A stretch of DNA of 64,000 bases from Chrysomallon squamiferum (Eukaryota; Animalia; Mollusca): the NCBI GenBank assembly GCA_012295275.1, contig CM022674.1, positions 3,348,001 through 3,412,000 on the forward strand, written 5' to 3'. Positions 46,064-59,245 of this stretch are shown piece after piece; the first letter of the stretch is position 1, and each line of letters begins with the position of its first letter. The translations under genes and the position numbers were made by a program. The notes below the pieces were generated by a model that was given only the letters and a program-made list of their open reading frames with translations, was not told the origin of the DNA and searched no databases.

Positions 46064-46868
46064 GTATTAACGTCTGAAACATACCGATATAAAATAGGAT
46101 ACTCTCTATTCACACCCCAGTAAAGATGACCCGAGCTTGTTGCGAGAGTTCATATTATTTATATCACAGTGTAAAAACAGCCAGCCAATCAGAACAGGCA
46201 ATGACAAAAAGGGGAAATCACCGTTTTCTCACAATGGTGTCATGTGACACTGTTTGTTACTAGTGCGAACAATGGTAATGCAATGTTCAACAACATAAAT
46301 CAATGAGTCAGAGAGATCGACAGCCAAGATAAAAGTTAGTTTATAACACGGCAGTCTAATCTATCTATATTAATAATTATAATAAGAAGAAGAACAATAC
46401 ATGCACGCACACAACCAAACACGCATGCACGCGAACATTCACAAAGATATATGCATAGATGAATAAATACAATTATGCATATGTATAAACATACATACAT
46501 ATATACATACATACATATATGCATAAATACATACATATGCACAAACAAACATACACACGAACATACGTGTACGAAATGACGAAAGACAAAGAACGGCGTA
46601 CTTCGTGGGAAGCGATGATAACCCTCGCTTATCGAGCAACTTTTTTATTTAGGGTTGTCTCGATTAGGGTCGCCAGCGTTCAGAGAGTGGGCGAATTGGT
46701 GTCATACGTTCGAGTCTCGTCAGCGGCATCTGACGGGTTTGTGAGGTCGTGATTGAACTTTGTCCTCCTGGGCCAGTGCGTTCCCGATATTGTCTGTGTG
46801 CAGAGTCTATTCAAACGTACATAAGACAGACAATATTCAAATTCTAAAATACATACATACATAGATAT

Positions 46869-46909
<41 letters not shown>

Positions 46910-47445
46910 TTCATTTGTTTGTGGTTTTTTTTTCTCTTTTTTTCTGTTTGATTTTATTTCCTCCGGATTGTTTTGTTGTTGTAAAAAAAGAATTGTATAA
47001 ATACATACATACATACATACATACATACATACATACATACAACACATACATACATACACACTCTAACCATCATACACACATATATTTAAGGATATCCAAG
47101 TACCCAGTATTCTAACCCTGCATATTTTCATTATCACTCTTGTTATTAAAAGTACACAACGAGGAAGGTATGACTCACTCTGTAAAGACTATCCTACATT
47201 ACTTGGAAATTTCTACTTTCGGTTTCTCATTCGCGTACTAGTAAACATTTCGGCCTTGAACTGTCGCGAGCGACCTCACCATGACGACATGAACAGCAGT
47301 CTGACGATTAACCGCGACCAATCATTTGCGAGCACATTTGAATACGGTTAACCGCGACCAGTCTTTTCAGGGATAATTTGAATAATAATTAAACGTGTAT
47401 ATACAATGATTTTAGCTTTTATTAATATCGCTATTTACTTCTTTT
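45560..47445. repeat. Segmental duplication, copy 1 (~1.9 kb)
   Basis: Colinear with about 54575-56350, including the microsatellites, the SINE and a well-conserved 3' block. Confidence 0.85.
46654..46910 (+). mobile_element. tRNA-derived SINE copy
   Basis: Pol III B box GTTCGAGTC at 46708, shared body, (acat)n/(ca)n tail. Confidence 0.75.
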
Positions 47446-47599
47446 CTTTAAAGAAGCCTTCATTCTGATAAAGAAAAATAAACGGGGTTCCTCTCTCATT
47501 ATTTGTTTGCTGTTTGATGATATGGATGATGCAATATTGCTGTAAATTATTATAGTGTTGACAATGGAGCAACAGAAATCGTTTATTTTCTATTTATTA

Positions 47600-47674
<75 letters not shown>

Positions 47675-47868
47675 GGATAGAGAGAAAGAACGAATAAAAT
47701 CAACGAATAAAAGAGATAATTAACAAGAATCATCTAATAATAATAATAATAATAATAATCATCATCATCATCATCATCATCATAAGAAGAAGAAGAACAA
47801 GAAGAAGAAGGAGAAAAAGGAGAAGAAGAAAAAGACGAAGCAGAAGAATTAATAATAATAATAATAAT

Positions 47869-47914
<46 letters not shown>

Positions 47915-48364
47915 TAAATAAATAACAGTTAAAAATTAATAAATAAATCTGTAAAGTGAAACGAAAACTTAAGTCTTCCAAGTAACCGTGCGTGAGAGAC
48001 ATGATCAATACATTCTTTCAGTGACAAATAATGGCGTCACGTGATATGGTTTCGATGTACGCGGTCTTTAGAAAGAAGTATCTGTTAGCGTCATACACTG
48101 AAACCGGGTCACTAGTCACAGTGTAATAGCTGAATGCCGTGTAGCATATTGCGAACTGTTGCGCAATAACGTAAAGGCTTAGTCATTATAAACACGGAAG
48201 GTTTTTCTCCGTATTTTATGATATTATTTCATTTATGCTTTTAATTTGTTTACTTTCTTACTTTCATTCTTTCTTCTTGTTTTTTATTTTTATTTTTATT
48301 TTTTTTTTGTTTTTGATATTACACAATTTTGTCTGTTTTTTTCTTTCGTTTTTTTTACTTTTTA

Positions 48365-48398
<34 letters not shown>

Positions 48399-48401
48399 TT
48401 C

Positions 48402-48438
<37 letters not shown>

Positions 48439-48502
48439 TTTTTTTTGGCTTTTTCTAATGTTAGTATTTAATATGTTTAATTATTTTTTAAAAGCATTTT
48501 AT

Positions 48503-48558
<56 letters not shown>

Positions 48559-48720
48559 AACACACTACACATACACGTGTGTGTGTGTGTGTGTATATGT
48601 ATATATATAATTATGTTCGTTGGGCATAAACAAATGCACCATACACAATCACATATTAATAAATGTTTAAGTAATGTTTCTTCTTAACATTATATGTTAT
48701 TGTTATTATTATTATTATTA

Positions 48721-48765
<45 letters not shown>

Positions 48766-49230
48766 CACAATAGCTGTCATATAAATCATGACACTTTTAG
48801 TTTTCTTCTATTGTTGTTTTCTTTCGATCTTCTGTGGGATTTTTTTTGGAGATGTATCTGTTTTGTTTTGCGGGGATTGTTGTTGTTGTTGTTGTTGTTG
48901 TTTTTTCCTAAGAATTCTAAGAATTTTGCAGTTTTATTTTATCTTTTCAATGTGAAGGAGGGAAACCCATTTCAGATTTGGAAATATTAGGAGAAAATGC
49001 GAGAATAGGGTCGACAGCTGAACATCAAACCCTGCCAAAGATTTTTATACAACATTTTTGAAAATTTGTGAGAAATAACATTTCGATACTTACGTCAAAG
49101 CGACAAAGTAACCGAAAAAAAAAGAAATAAATAAAAAAAAGAGCAAGTTACATTCGCGGGACGATGAACAAAGAAAAAGAGATGTCCGAGATTTTAGACA
49201 AGGGACCCCTACCCCCACTCACTCACTCAC

Positions 49231-49323
<93 letters not shown>

Positions 49324-50267
49324 AACATATATATATATAATATTGAGCAAATAAACAAATAATTGCAAAATATTTAGCTCAAACTAATTTTATTCAAAAA
49401 ATTGTTTATATAAGATAATACCATTCTAGAATCAAATATGACTTGGTCCAATATATGTATCCATTTTAACAACCGAATATGCCATCTGTTATTACTTATT
49501 TTATTTCTTATTAATTTTTATTTATTTATTTATCATTTCAGAGATTTCTTTCTTTATTTATTCATTCATTTATTCATTTACTTTTTAATTTATTCATTCA
49601 TTTATTAATAAATGTTTATTTATTTATGTTATTTATTCATTCATTTATCTTTTTTTTCTTTCTTTATTTCTTTCTTTCTTTATTTATTTATTTATACATC
49701 TGCGAAATGTTTCTGTTAATATTTTTAATTATGTGGTTTGCATTAAGAATACACCAGTGTGTCTTAACGTTCAAAGAGATCGTAGCCCTACCTCTTTCCA
49801 TCTGGGCTTGAGCAAAACTGAAAATGATTCAAGATGACGAATGGTATTATCTTTCACAGTATGAAAAGCTATTTACAAGCACATATGGATTATGTTATTT
49901 GGCTGCACGGTTTTCTAAGATTGTCCAATTGTCTCCCTGTAGTAGCCATTGTGCCATACGTTGGTATTCAGATTCTTCTGGTGAGGAAAAAAGTCAGTTT
50001 CTTCTTCACAATTTTCTCCTTCAAACGGTCTAAGAAATGAAGGCTTCCCATCCTGTCCCATCCGAACATTTCGACGTCCAATTCTTGGCGATAGAAGAAG
50101 TCAGGAGGAAATGATGATGATGAAAATGAAAAAGATGTTCATTAAATGACGGGGATAACTGAATTTGAATTGTTACAAACAACTGGGTCCCATCCTTTCA
50201 ATGGACAGAAATCTAAAGAATTTAAATCGAAGAAGACAAACTGTCCTCATTTGATGAATACGAATAT

Positions 50268-51263
50268 TCAACCTATAGTTTGCTCAAAAAAATTCTTCCC
50301 TTGCCGAGTTGAAAATTTGAAACAGGTTGTTGACATGTTTCTGAAATTTCGAACCGTTAGGAATAATCGGATTTCGGACATCATTTCAAAGCCGATAATT
50401 GTGCAACTTTTAGAATGTTCACGTGTACGTTTTAGACGTTTCGAAAACTGTTTAGGACTGGAATCGTCCAATAAACGTTTCTGACTGGACTGAGTTGAAA
50501 CAGTATCCTGAAAACAACTGACTGATGGACGTGAACTCTCATACAGATCAGATTTCAAATCTGTAGAGTCATGTGCCAGCGCAGAACATTCAAGTGTTCT
50601 CGAAACATCAGAAGATGTTTGCAAATTTGGCAAAATATCGGAGCAACCTAAGGAATCTTGTGCAAAATCGATAAAGTCAGAATTGGGAATGGTCTGCGGC
50701 GCAGAAGAAGGAATGATGGCTTTAGTGACGTTGGGTTCTCTTGACTGGTCCTGGTTGACGTCTGTCGGTGATGACGTTGTTTTGTTTCTGGAAGACAATG
50801 GTTGCTCTTGATGGGTTCCTCTTTTTAATAAAAACGTTTTGTGAATGTTTGTAAGGAAATCTGAGTCGTTGTTCATCCGCTCATCAAATGTCGCCTTGTC
50901 TTCCCGAGAAAGATCATCATAGGATCTGAGAGCGCTCTCCAAGTGTTCACGAATCTCTCGAAACTTTATTTCTCCTTTGAGATTCTGCAGATTTCCTTTG
51001 CCTTCCAAATATAACAGAAGCGTCTTGACTTCCGACAGATAATTGGAGGGAACTTTATTTAAATCCAAACAGCGCTGAATATCAGATTTTAACACATCTT
51101 CTACGGTTTCCTTACTTGGTCTTTTACCATTATTTGGGTCTTGTTTTTGACCGTTTTTGTAATCAGCCTTTCTGCTCGAAGTTCCCTGCAGCCAAATTTC
51201 CGTTAAACTATACATTTTCCGCATATAGTCCAGCCTTCGAAACTGTTTTGTTGTCTCAGGCAT
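50268..51263 (-). CDS. Intronless 331-aa ORF of unknown function; helical, possibly DED-like N-terminal half and Ser/Asp-rich disordered tail
   Basis: Only long non-repetitive ORF in the window. gcaATG start, ordinary residue composition, promoter motifs upstream, bipartite NLS-like KRLLDDSSPKQFSKRLKR. Confidence 0.68.
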   Translation of the reverse strand: MPETTKQFRRLDYMRKMYSLTEIWLQGTSSRKADYKNGQKQDPNNGKRPSKETVEDVLKSDIQRCLDLNKVPSNYLSEVKTLLLYLEGKGNLQNLKGEIKFREIREHLESALRSYDDLSREDKATFDERMNNDSDFLTNIHKTFLLKRGTHQEQPLSSRNKTTSSPTDVNQDQSREPNVTKAIIPSSAPQTIPNSDFIDFAQDSLGCSDILPNLQTSSDVSRTLECSALAHDSTDLKSDLYESSRPSVSCFQDTVSTQSSQKRLLDDSSPKQFSKRLKRTREHSKSCTIIGFEMMSEIRLFLTVRNFRNMSTTCFKFSTRQGKNFFEQTIG

Positions 51264-51446
51264 TGCGGTAATTGTTCATAAAAAAAAAAAAAAAAAAAAA
51301 AAAAAGTTATAAATATATAAAAAAAAAAAAATAAATAAACAAATACAATATAAACTGTTCTATTGTAAAAACCACAAAAACTGAAAGAAAAACTAACAGC
51401 TCTGTACAGTTATAAATCGCTTGGCGACTCAAGTGTTTTCGAAATA

Positions 51447-51785
51447 TTTGCGAAGGCAACGATTTTCGTTTAATAGCAAACTTTATATCATCAACTCAAG
51501 AACGCTAGCGGGGCCGGGGGGTGACGGCCTTTCGATATATAATCCCCCATGCCGTCGACGTAGTGGATGCATCGTCTTGGCTTGACATGTCGCCGCCAGA
51601 AGATGTGCCGAGACAGCCATGGATACAGCATGCCGACTATGACGTCCTTGTCAGCAAAATCCATCTGCTGCAGCTGGCCTGCTCTCCTTACAAATGACGT
51701 CATTGTGTGAGGCGCAGAATCTTTTTGGCGGGAACCTGTGATGATGTTACGTATCTCAACGAAGTGACGTGGCAGTCCTGAAATT
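51447..51785 (-). promoter_or_regulatory. GC-rich candidate promoter of the 331-aa ORF
   Basis: E2F-type TTTGGCGGGAA 51724-51734, CRE TGACGTCA 51695-51702, TATATA 51536-51541 about 275 bp upstream of the ATG. Confidence 0.5.
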
Positions 51786-51817
51786 TTAAAACATTATTAT
51801 CATTATTATTATTATTA

Positions 51818-51889
<72 letters not shown>

Positions 51890-52510
51890 CAGCGTCATCA
51901 TCATAATTATTATTATAAGTACTAACAGCACAAGCAGCAGTAGTAGTAACAGTAATAGTAGTAATACTGGTAGGTGTGTAACTACTACTGCTGCTACTAC
52001 TATCGCTATTATTATGGCTGTTATTGTTGTTGCTTTTATCGTCGTCGTCGTTGTTATGTAAAGCAAATAACCATAACTGAATATGTATGCCAAATTTAGA
52101 TGTTGCATAAAACAAACAAGCAAATAAATAAATCAATCAATAAATAAATAAATAAAATAAAATAAAGTAAATAAATAAAATGAAATTTTCAAAACAGCAA
52201 AATAGCAGAATGTCTATATAAAATGGTGATTATGTAGTAGTAATAGTAGTAATGTTGATGCTACCGCTGCTGCTGTTGCTGCTGCTGTTTATGTAAAAGC
52301 AATTTAAAACGGCAAAGTTGAAATAAGACTGTTTTTCATGTTCTGTTTTTAAATCTTACTGGATCTATAGGCTATAGGTCAAATGGACGAATCCATTTTA
52401 AATTAGGTTGGATGAGTCTGTTCTATTATCCAAGCATATTTAGCTCGCGTGGCAGTTAGTTGTCTGTCTGATAACAAAGAAACATTCGGATAACATTTTA
52501 TAATAACAAT

Positions 52511-52592
<82 letters not shown>

Positions 52593-52809
52593 TTATTATT
52601 ATTATTATTATTTTTGCATAGTGCTAGTCGCAGTAGTAGTAGTAGTAGTAGCAGGTGTTGTTGTTGTTACTATTGGCGGTGGAGTGATTATGGCGATGTT
52701 TGTTAAAAGAAAAACAAACAGAAAAACTTACCAAACATCCTGTACGGTCATGATCCTGTCCTAAAATTCCATTTGTTTTATTCTGTATGAGTATCCATTG
52801 TCAAAACAG

Positions 52810-53181
52810 ATTTGCGAAGGCAACGATTTTCGTTTAGTAGCAAACTTTATATCATCAACTCAAGAACGCTAGCGGGGCCGGGGGGTGACGGCCTTTCGAT
52901 ATATAATCCCCCATGCCGTCGACGTAGTGGATGCATCGTCTTAGCTTGACATATCGCCGCCAGAAGATGTGCCGAGACAGCCATGGATACAGCATGCCGA
53001 CTATGACGTCCTTGTCAGCAAAATCCATCTGCTGCAGCTGGCCTGCTCCCCTTACAAATGACGTCATTGTGTGAGGCGCAGAATCTTTTTGGCGGGAACC
53101 TGTGATGATGTTACGTATCTCAACGAAGTGACGTAGCAGTTCTGAAATTTTAAAACATTATTATCATTATTATTATTATTA

Positions 53182-53227
<46 letters not shown>

Positions 53228-53423
53228 TTTGCATAGTGCTAGTCGCAGTAGTAGTAGTAGTAGTAGCAGGTGTTGTTGTTGTTACTATTGGCGGTGGAGT
53301 GATTATGGCGATGTTTGTTAAAAGAAAAACAAACAGAAAAACTTACCAAACATCCTGTACGGTCATGATCCTGTCCTAAAATTCCATTTGTTTTATTCTG
53401 TATGAGTATCCATTGTCAAAACA
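52810..53423. repeat. Recent local duplication: copy of about 51447-51850 joined to a second copy of about 52560-52808
   Basis: Direct comparison; about 6 substitutions in the ~340-bp GC-rich part. Confidence 0.9.
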
Positions 53424-53717
53424 TAGGTAAGTATCCAAAGGCAAGGAGATTGGGATTACAAACTAAAACGCGGCAGTCAAAAGATGTGTGGTTTGATTAC
53501 GAACAGTATTATATAGACGAATACAAACCAGTCGTAATCGAGGTAGGTTAACCGCAGCCAATGGCAAAGCAGCAACATTAGAAGCAGCCGAAAACAAAAA
53601 GCGGGGAAAACCCAGCAGCTAATAAGGGGATCAAACGATTAATCGCGTCCACCCGTTGTATCTCTGCTTTCCTTTGTTTTAAAATAATAATAATATTAAT
53701 AATAATAATAATAATAA

Positions 53718-53748
<31 letters not shown>

Positions 53749-53794
53749 AAGAAGAAAGAAAGAAATAATAAATAAAACAGGGAATAAAATCCAA

Positions 53795-54324
53795 TTTATC
53801 AGTCAAAAATACTGTCAAAAAAAAGTACTGTTACTACCACACTGCTATTACAACTACTATTACTACTACTACTACAACTACTACTAGTACTATTAGTATT
53901 ACTACTACTACTACTACTAGTACTGCTACTACTACTACTGCTACTGCGACTGCTACTGCTACTACTACTACTACTCCTACTACTATTAATCTTACTTTAT
54001 TGTCGTTGTTTTTGTCGTTGTTGGTGTCATGATGAATGACAGAATATACCCTCCATCAGTATACTGCACAAAAATATTAGAATATTAAATTTCTAATCTC
54101 TCTCTGTCTCTCAGTTTTCCTGTCTTTCTTTCTTTCTCTCTACTCTTACTACTACTAATGCTACTACTGCTACTACTACTATTAATATTATACAGGAACA
54201 ACAACAACAACTACTACTACTACTACTACAGCTATTACTATTGCAGCAACTGTTGTTCCAATTTTACTACTACTACTAGTAGTACCACTATCACTAGTAA
54301 TATCAGTGTTATTACTGCTACAGT

Positions 54325-54357
<33 letters not shown>

Positions 54358-54400
54358 AACTAAAATTCTACCACCGCTATTTCTACTGATACTATTATTA
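53795..54400. repeat. Local duplication, copy 1 (copy 2 at about 56965-57480)
   Basis: Near-identical core ccctccatcagtatactgcacaaaaa..ttagaatattaaatttctaatctctctctgtctctcagttttcc. Confidence 0.8.
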
Positions 54401-54574
54401 CTGCTACTACATACTTTTACTACTAGTATTAACTTTATTATTAGTACTACTGCTACCACTACCACTGCTACTACTTCTACAATTTCTTATACAAAGACAG
54501 ATAGAGAAATAAAGTCAGAGTAAAGATTAATATTTTTGCTATTACTACAGTTTCAACGAATACAATTACTAGTA

Positions 54575-54778
54575 CCACTACTAATAATCTGTAACATTAT
54601 TACCATAATTACTAGTAACACTAACTGTAGTTGAAGTAACAATAACAGTGGTAGTAGTAATAGTGGTGCTAACAGTGGTATTAGTAGTAGCAGTGGTAAC
54701 ATTCACAGATGTAGTACTGATAATAGTAGAAGAAGTTTTAGAAGTAGTGTAGCAGTAGCAGCAGTACATAAAAATATG

Positions 54779-54846
<68 letters not shown>

Positions 54847-54972
54847 TTAGAGGCAGACGAAAATCTTAGCCTGTTATTGCGCTCATTCATTCATCTTACT
54901 TTATTTTATTTATACATCATTTTTTATTTTCATATAAGCAGTATTTTTTAACTTAATATTTCATTATTATTG

Positions 54973-55003
<31 letters not shown>

Positions 55004-55008
55004 CATCA

Positions 55009-55057
<49 letters not shown>

Positions 55058-55319
55058 ACATTAACGTCAGATATATATATATATATATATACCCGACACA
55101 CTGTTGAATTGGTCTTATTGCAAAAAATTCACAATTTTATATTACAATGTTGAAACAGCCAGACCTGTCAGTTACTGGCAGCGAACAACGGTATTCAATG
55201 TTCAACAATATAAATTTATGACCTGTAGAGTTACTGATGCGAACAATGGTATCACAAATGTTCAACAATATAATAAGGATTTATAAAATTTATACAATTA
55301 ATAATAATGATAATGGTAC

Positions 55320-55353
<34 letters not shown>

Positions 55354-55891
55354 GATTTATAAAAATTATACAATTAATAATAATAATAATAATAAAGAAG
55401 AATAATAATATCAACAAAAATGCACAACACACACAAACTCGCATGCACGCGCGCACTAACACACACACACACACATATATGCATACATACAATTATGCAT
55501 ACGTACGTGCATACACACAAACATATACACATATATACGTATACACAAACAAACATACACACGAACGTACACACATACATATACGAAATAACGAAAGACA
55601 AAGAACGGTGTGCTCCGTGGGAAGCGATGATTACCCTTGGTTATTGAGCAACTTTTTTTATTTAGAGTTGTTTCGATTAGGGTCGCCCGCCTTCAGAGAG
55701 TGGGCTAATGGGTGTCGTACGTTCGAGTCTCGTCAGTGGCATCTGACGTGGGTTTGTGAGGTCGTGATTGAACTTTGTCCTCCTCCTGCGCCAGAGCGTT
55801 CTCGAATATTGTCTATGTGCAGAGTCTAATCAGACGTACAAGAGACAGACAATGTTCAAATCCTAAAATACATACATACTTATATATAAAG

Positions 55892-55966
<75 letters not shown>

Positions 55967-56350
55967 TATCTAAAGATATTCAAGTACCCAGTATTCGTTA
56001 TCACTCTTGTTATTAAAAGTACACAATGACGAATGTATGATCATTCGGCAAATCTATCTTACATTACTTGGAAATTTCTACTTTCGGTTTCGCATTCGCG
56101 TACTAGTAAACATTTCGCCCTTGAACTGTCGCAAGCGTCCTCACCATGACGACATGAACAGCAGTCTGGCGATTAACCGCGACCAATCATTTGCGAGCAC
56201 CTTTCAACACGGATAACCTCGACCAATCATTTGCGAGCACCTTTCAACACGGTTAACCGCGGCCAATCATTTCAGGGCTACTTTGAATAATAATTAAACG
56301 TGTATATACAATGATTTTAGCTTTTATTAATATCGCTGTTTACTTCTTGT
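54575..56350. repeat. Segmental duplication, copy 2
   Basis: Colinear with 45560-47445; has an extra ~40-bp tandem unit at 56174-56272. Confidence 0.85.
55667..55965 (+). mobile_element. tRNA-derived SINE copy, duplicated along with its flanks
   Basis: B box GTTCGAGTC at 55721, same body, (ca)n tail. Confidence 0.75.
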
Positions 56351-56698
56351 TTCCCACTCCAGTTTAGCCTAACAAGTGTTTGAACCAGTATCGTTATAAC
56401 TAAATAACAGAAACTGTAAACTAATTTAAAATTACAAAACCGATGTTTAAGAAACAAAACACATTTTTTAATTTGGCTTACCACAGGCTAATAATAACAT
56501 AATGTACAAGCCACATACAACAACGTCAAAACTGTTGTAATATAACAACTTCAGAACTGTTGTAACTTGTACACCAAACATCCCTGTCACATTTGTAGTA
56601 TATTGTAAACAGCTTGAAATATTGATCTATGCCAGTACACTTTAAGAATGTCGTTCCAGCTCAGTGGGTTGTCAAAAGCTGTGGTATTCGCGTTTCCA

Positions 56699-56772
<74 letters not shown>

Positions 56773-56920
56773 AAAATTTTTTTTTTATTTATAATGGGAA
56801 CAAGTTTGTTTTCATAATCAATCAATGAACGACATAAATAAAATTTGAAAACAGTGACAAAACCTCATCAGTGAATAAGATACTTTTTTTCCCATTCACT
56901 CTTATTTTATAAAAGTAAAA

Positions 56921-56951
<31 letters not shown>

Positions 56952-57032
56952 AAAAGAATTCATTCTATCAGTTAAAAATACTGTCACCAAAAATTACTGT
57001 TAATATCATTACTATTACTACAAGTACTCCTA

Positions 57033-57072
<40 letters not shown>

Positions 57073-58091
57073 AACTATTACTCTTACTGTTATTGTTGTT
57101 GTTGTTGTTGTTGTTGTCGTTGTTGGTGTCATGACAGAGTACGCCCTCCATCAGTATACTGCACAAAAAATATTAGAATATTAAATTTCTAATCTCTCTC
57201 TGTCTCTCAGTTTTCCTGTCTTTCTTTCTTTCTCTCTACTCTTACTACAACAACACTACTACTATTATTAATATTATACAGGAACAACAACAACAGCTAC
57301 TACTACCGCTGCCATTACTATTGCTGCTACTGTTGTTATTATTACAACGCCAACTCCTAATCCACTGTCACTATTACTCAGTTGTACTGCTACTGTTACT
57401 ACTACTGCTACTACTACTATCACTACTACTACTAATGTTGTAAAATTCTACCACCGCTATATCTGCTGCTACTATTAATGATTATTAGTAGAACTATTTT
57501 ATTATTACTATAATTACTATTACTATATTCAAATACTACCATCGTTATTAATTCAACAACAATTAATACTACTACTACAGCTATTATTTGCTACTGATAT
57601 TACAACCTACTTTTTATTACTATTACTATTACTATTACTACTACTTGCTTACTACTACTACTTTTTGTAGAACTATTTTACTACTACTATTACTATTTTA
57701 CCATCGCTATTTCTACTGTATTACCTTTACAACCCATTTATTACTATTACAATTACTATTACTACTTGCTACTATTATTACTACTACATTTTACTACTAC
57801 TATTTATTATACTACTGTTACTACTACTACTTCTTCTACTACTGTTAATACTACTGGTATTATTACTGTAATTGCTAACACTACTATTTTTACTACTAGT
57901 ATTACTTTTATTGTTCCTACTACTGTTGTTACTACTACTACTTCTTCTACTATTACAACTATTAATATTAATACTATCATAATTCAACAACTTTTAACAT
58001 TATTACTACTACTAATACTATCACTATTTCCGCTGTTATTATTCTTCTTTTCCTTGTTATCTTCTTCTTCTTTTTTTATTATTATTTTTAA

Positions 58092-58126
<35 letters not shown>

Positions 58127-58181
58127 TGTGTTTGCAGGAAGAACACTAGTAATATCTATGTATTAAATTCTTCTGAATATA

Positions 58182-58741
58182 CAGTATTCCTCGCTATTCA
58201 TGGGGTTATTCTTTACCCCCATTCAAAACCGCAATATTGGATGCAGTTTTAAAACGTCTATTATGAGATTATATACGGTACTAAATGTTTCCCAAACACT
58301 TTCTAAAGACACTCCTTCTTAATACTTAATTCTTCTTCTTCTTATGTATTTCTTGTAGTAATGATAATTAAACGCATTTTAATTTTGTACTGAAACAATA
58401 TTTTAATCAGAAAGAAACGTATTATTAACACCGCATTAGTTACCCATACAGTATTACTGTACCGTAAAGTCATTTTCTATGGGTCAACATATAAATTGAC
58501 AGAAAGTGGAACAAATTTAAAGGCAAACAGACAGATTTCAGTCCTGTTTAGGTAATAATAAATAATTCAGTAATATATATTAAAACATATATATGTGTGT
58601 GTGTGTGTGTGTGTGTTTATTAAAAATACGTACTGTGTGTAATGTGTTTGATATTGTTTGTGCGGTTTACCGAGCATTTGTTTTATGACGTTATGACGCT
58701 CGCCTGGTATACCAGTTGCGATAGGGTTAAGAACCTAACCC
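58182..58741 (+). mobile_element. Possible Tigger/pogo-like fragment of a different family between 33-bp direct repeats
   Basis: Starts ta|cagtattcctcgctattcatggggtt (pogo-like terminus). Direct repeats at 58150-58182 and 58742-58774. No second TIR found. Confidence 0.4.
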
Positions 58742-59072
58742 TAATATCTATGTATTAAATTTTTCTGAATATACTACGGTTCGTGCTCTTAAACAACGAA
58801 CAGGTATAACCTTTGGTTCTTTCTTGTTGTTGTTTTTTTTTTTTTTTTTTTTTCTTTCTATTCTCGCAGTCGTTGCGTATCGTCTGCCAACAGCTACACA
58901 ACATTAACGAGGCAGTGCAATAAATATGATGTCGTCCTCTTCAGTCCGATACGATCACTAGGAGACAATCTTGTGTACACAAAGAGATGAATAGATTTGT
59001 GTGTGTGTGTGTATGTGTGTGTGTGTGTGTCTGTGTGTCCCTGCTCTCAGACAGATTTAATATAATATAGCA

Positions 59073-59245
59073 GTTGTCTTGATTGCCGAGTGATATATTT
59101 GTTCGCCTACCCAGTGTGGGCGAATGGGTGTCACATTTTAAAATCTATTATGGGTTTTTTGAGATTGTGACTCGGGACTTGCCCGGGATGTGCTGGTGGG
59201 TTCGCGAATGTTGGCTTCGTGCAAAGTTTAATCAGACGTACATCA
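59073..59245 (+). mobile_element. Diverged SINE copy retaining an A-box-like motif
   Basis: ttgccgagtga at 59083, then gtgggcgaatgggtgtca, ending ttaatcagacgtaca. Confidence 0.6.

Noticed and set aside
51491-51703. Duplicated 70-aa ORF MTSFVRRAGQ.. (also 52855-53067)
   Set aside because: Starts within the CRE and spans the TATA box; better explained as GC-rich promoter DNA. The two copies match only because of recent duplication.
58870-58990. Strong + acceptor at 58869, and other isolated exon-like segments (36620-36691 -, 41722-41897 +, 60619-60648 -)
   Set aside because: No recognisable product and no coherent gene model.
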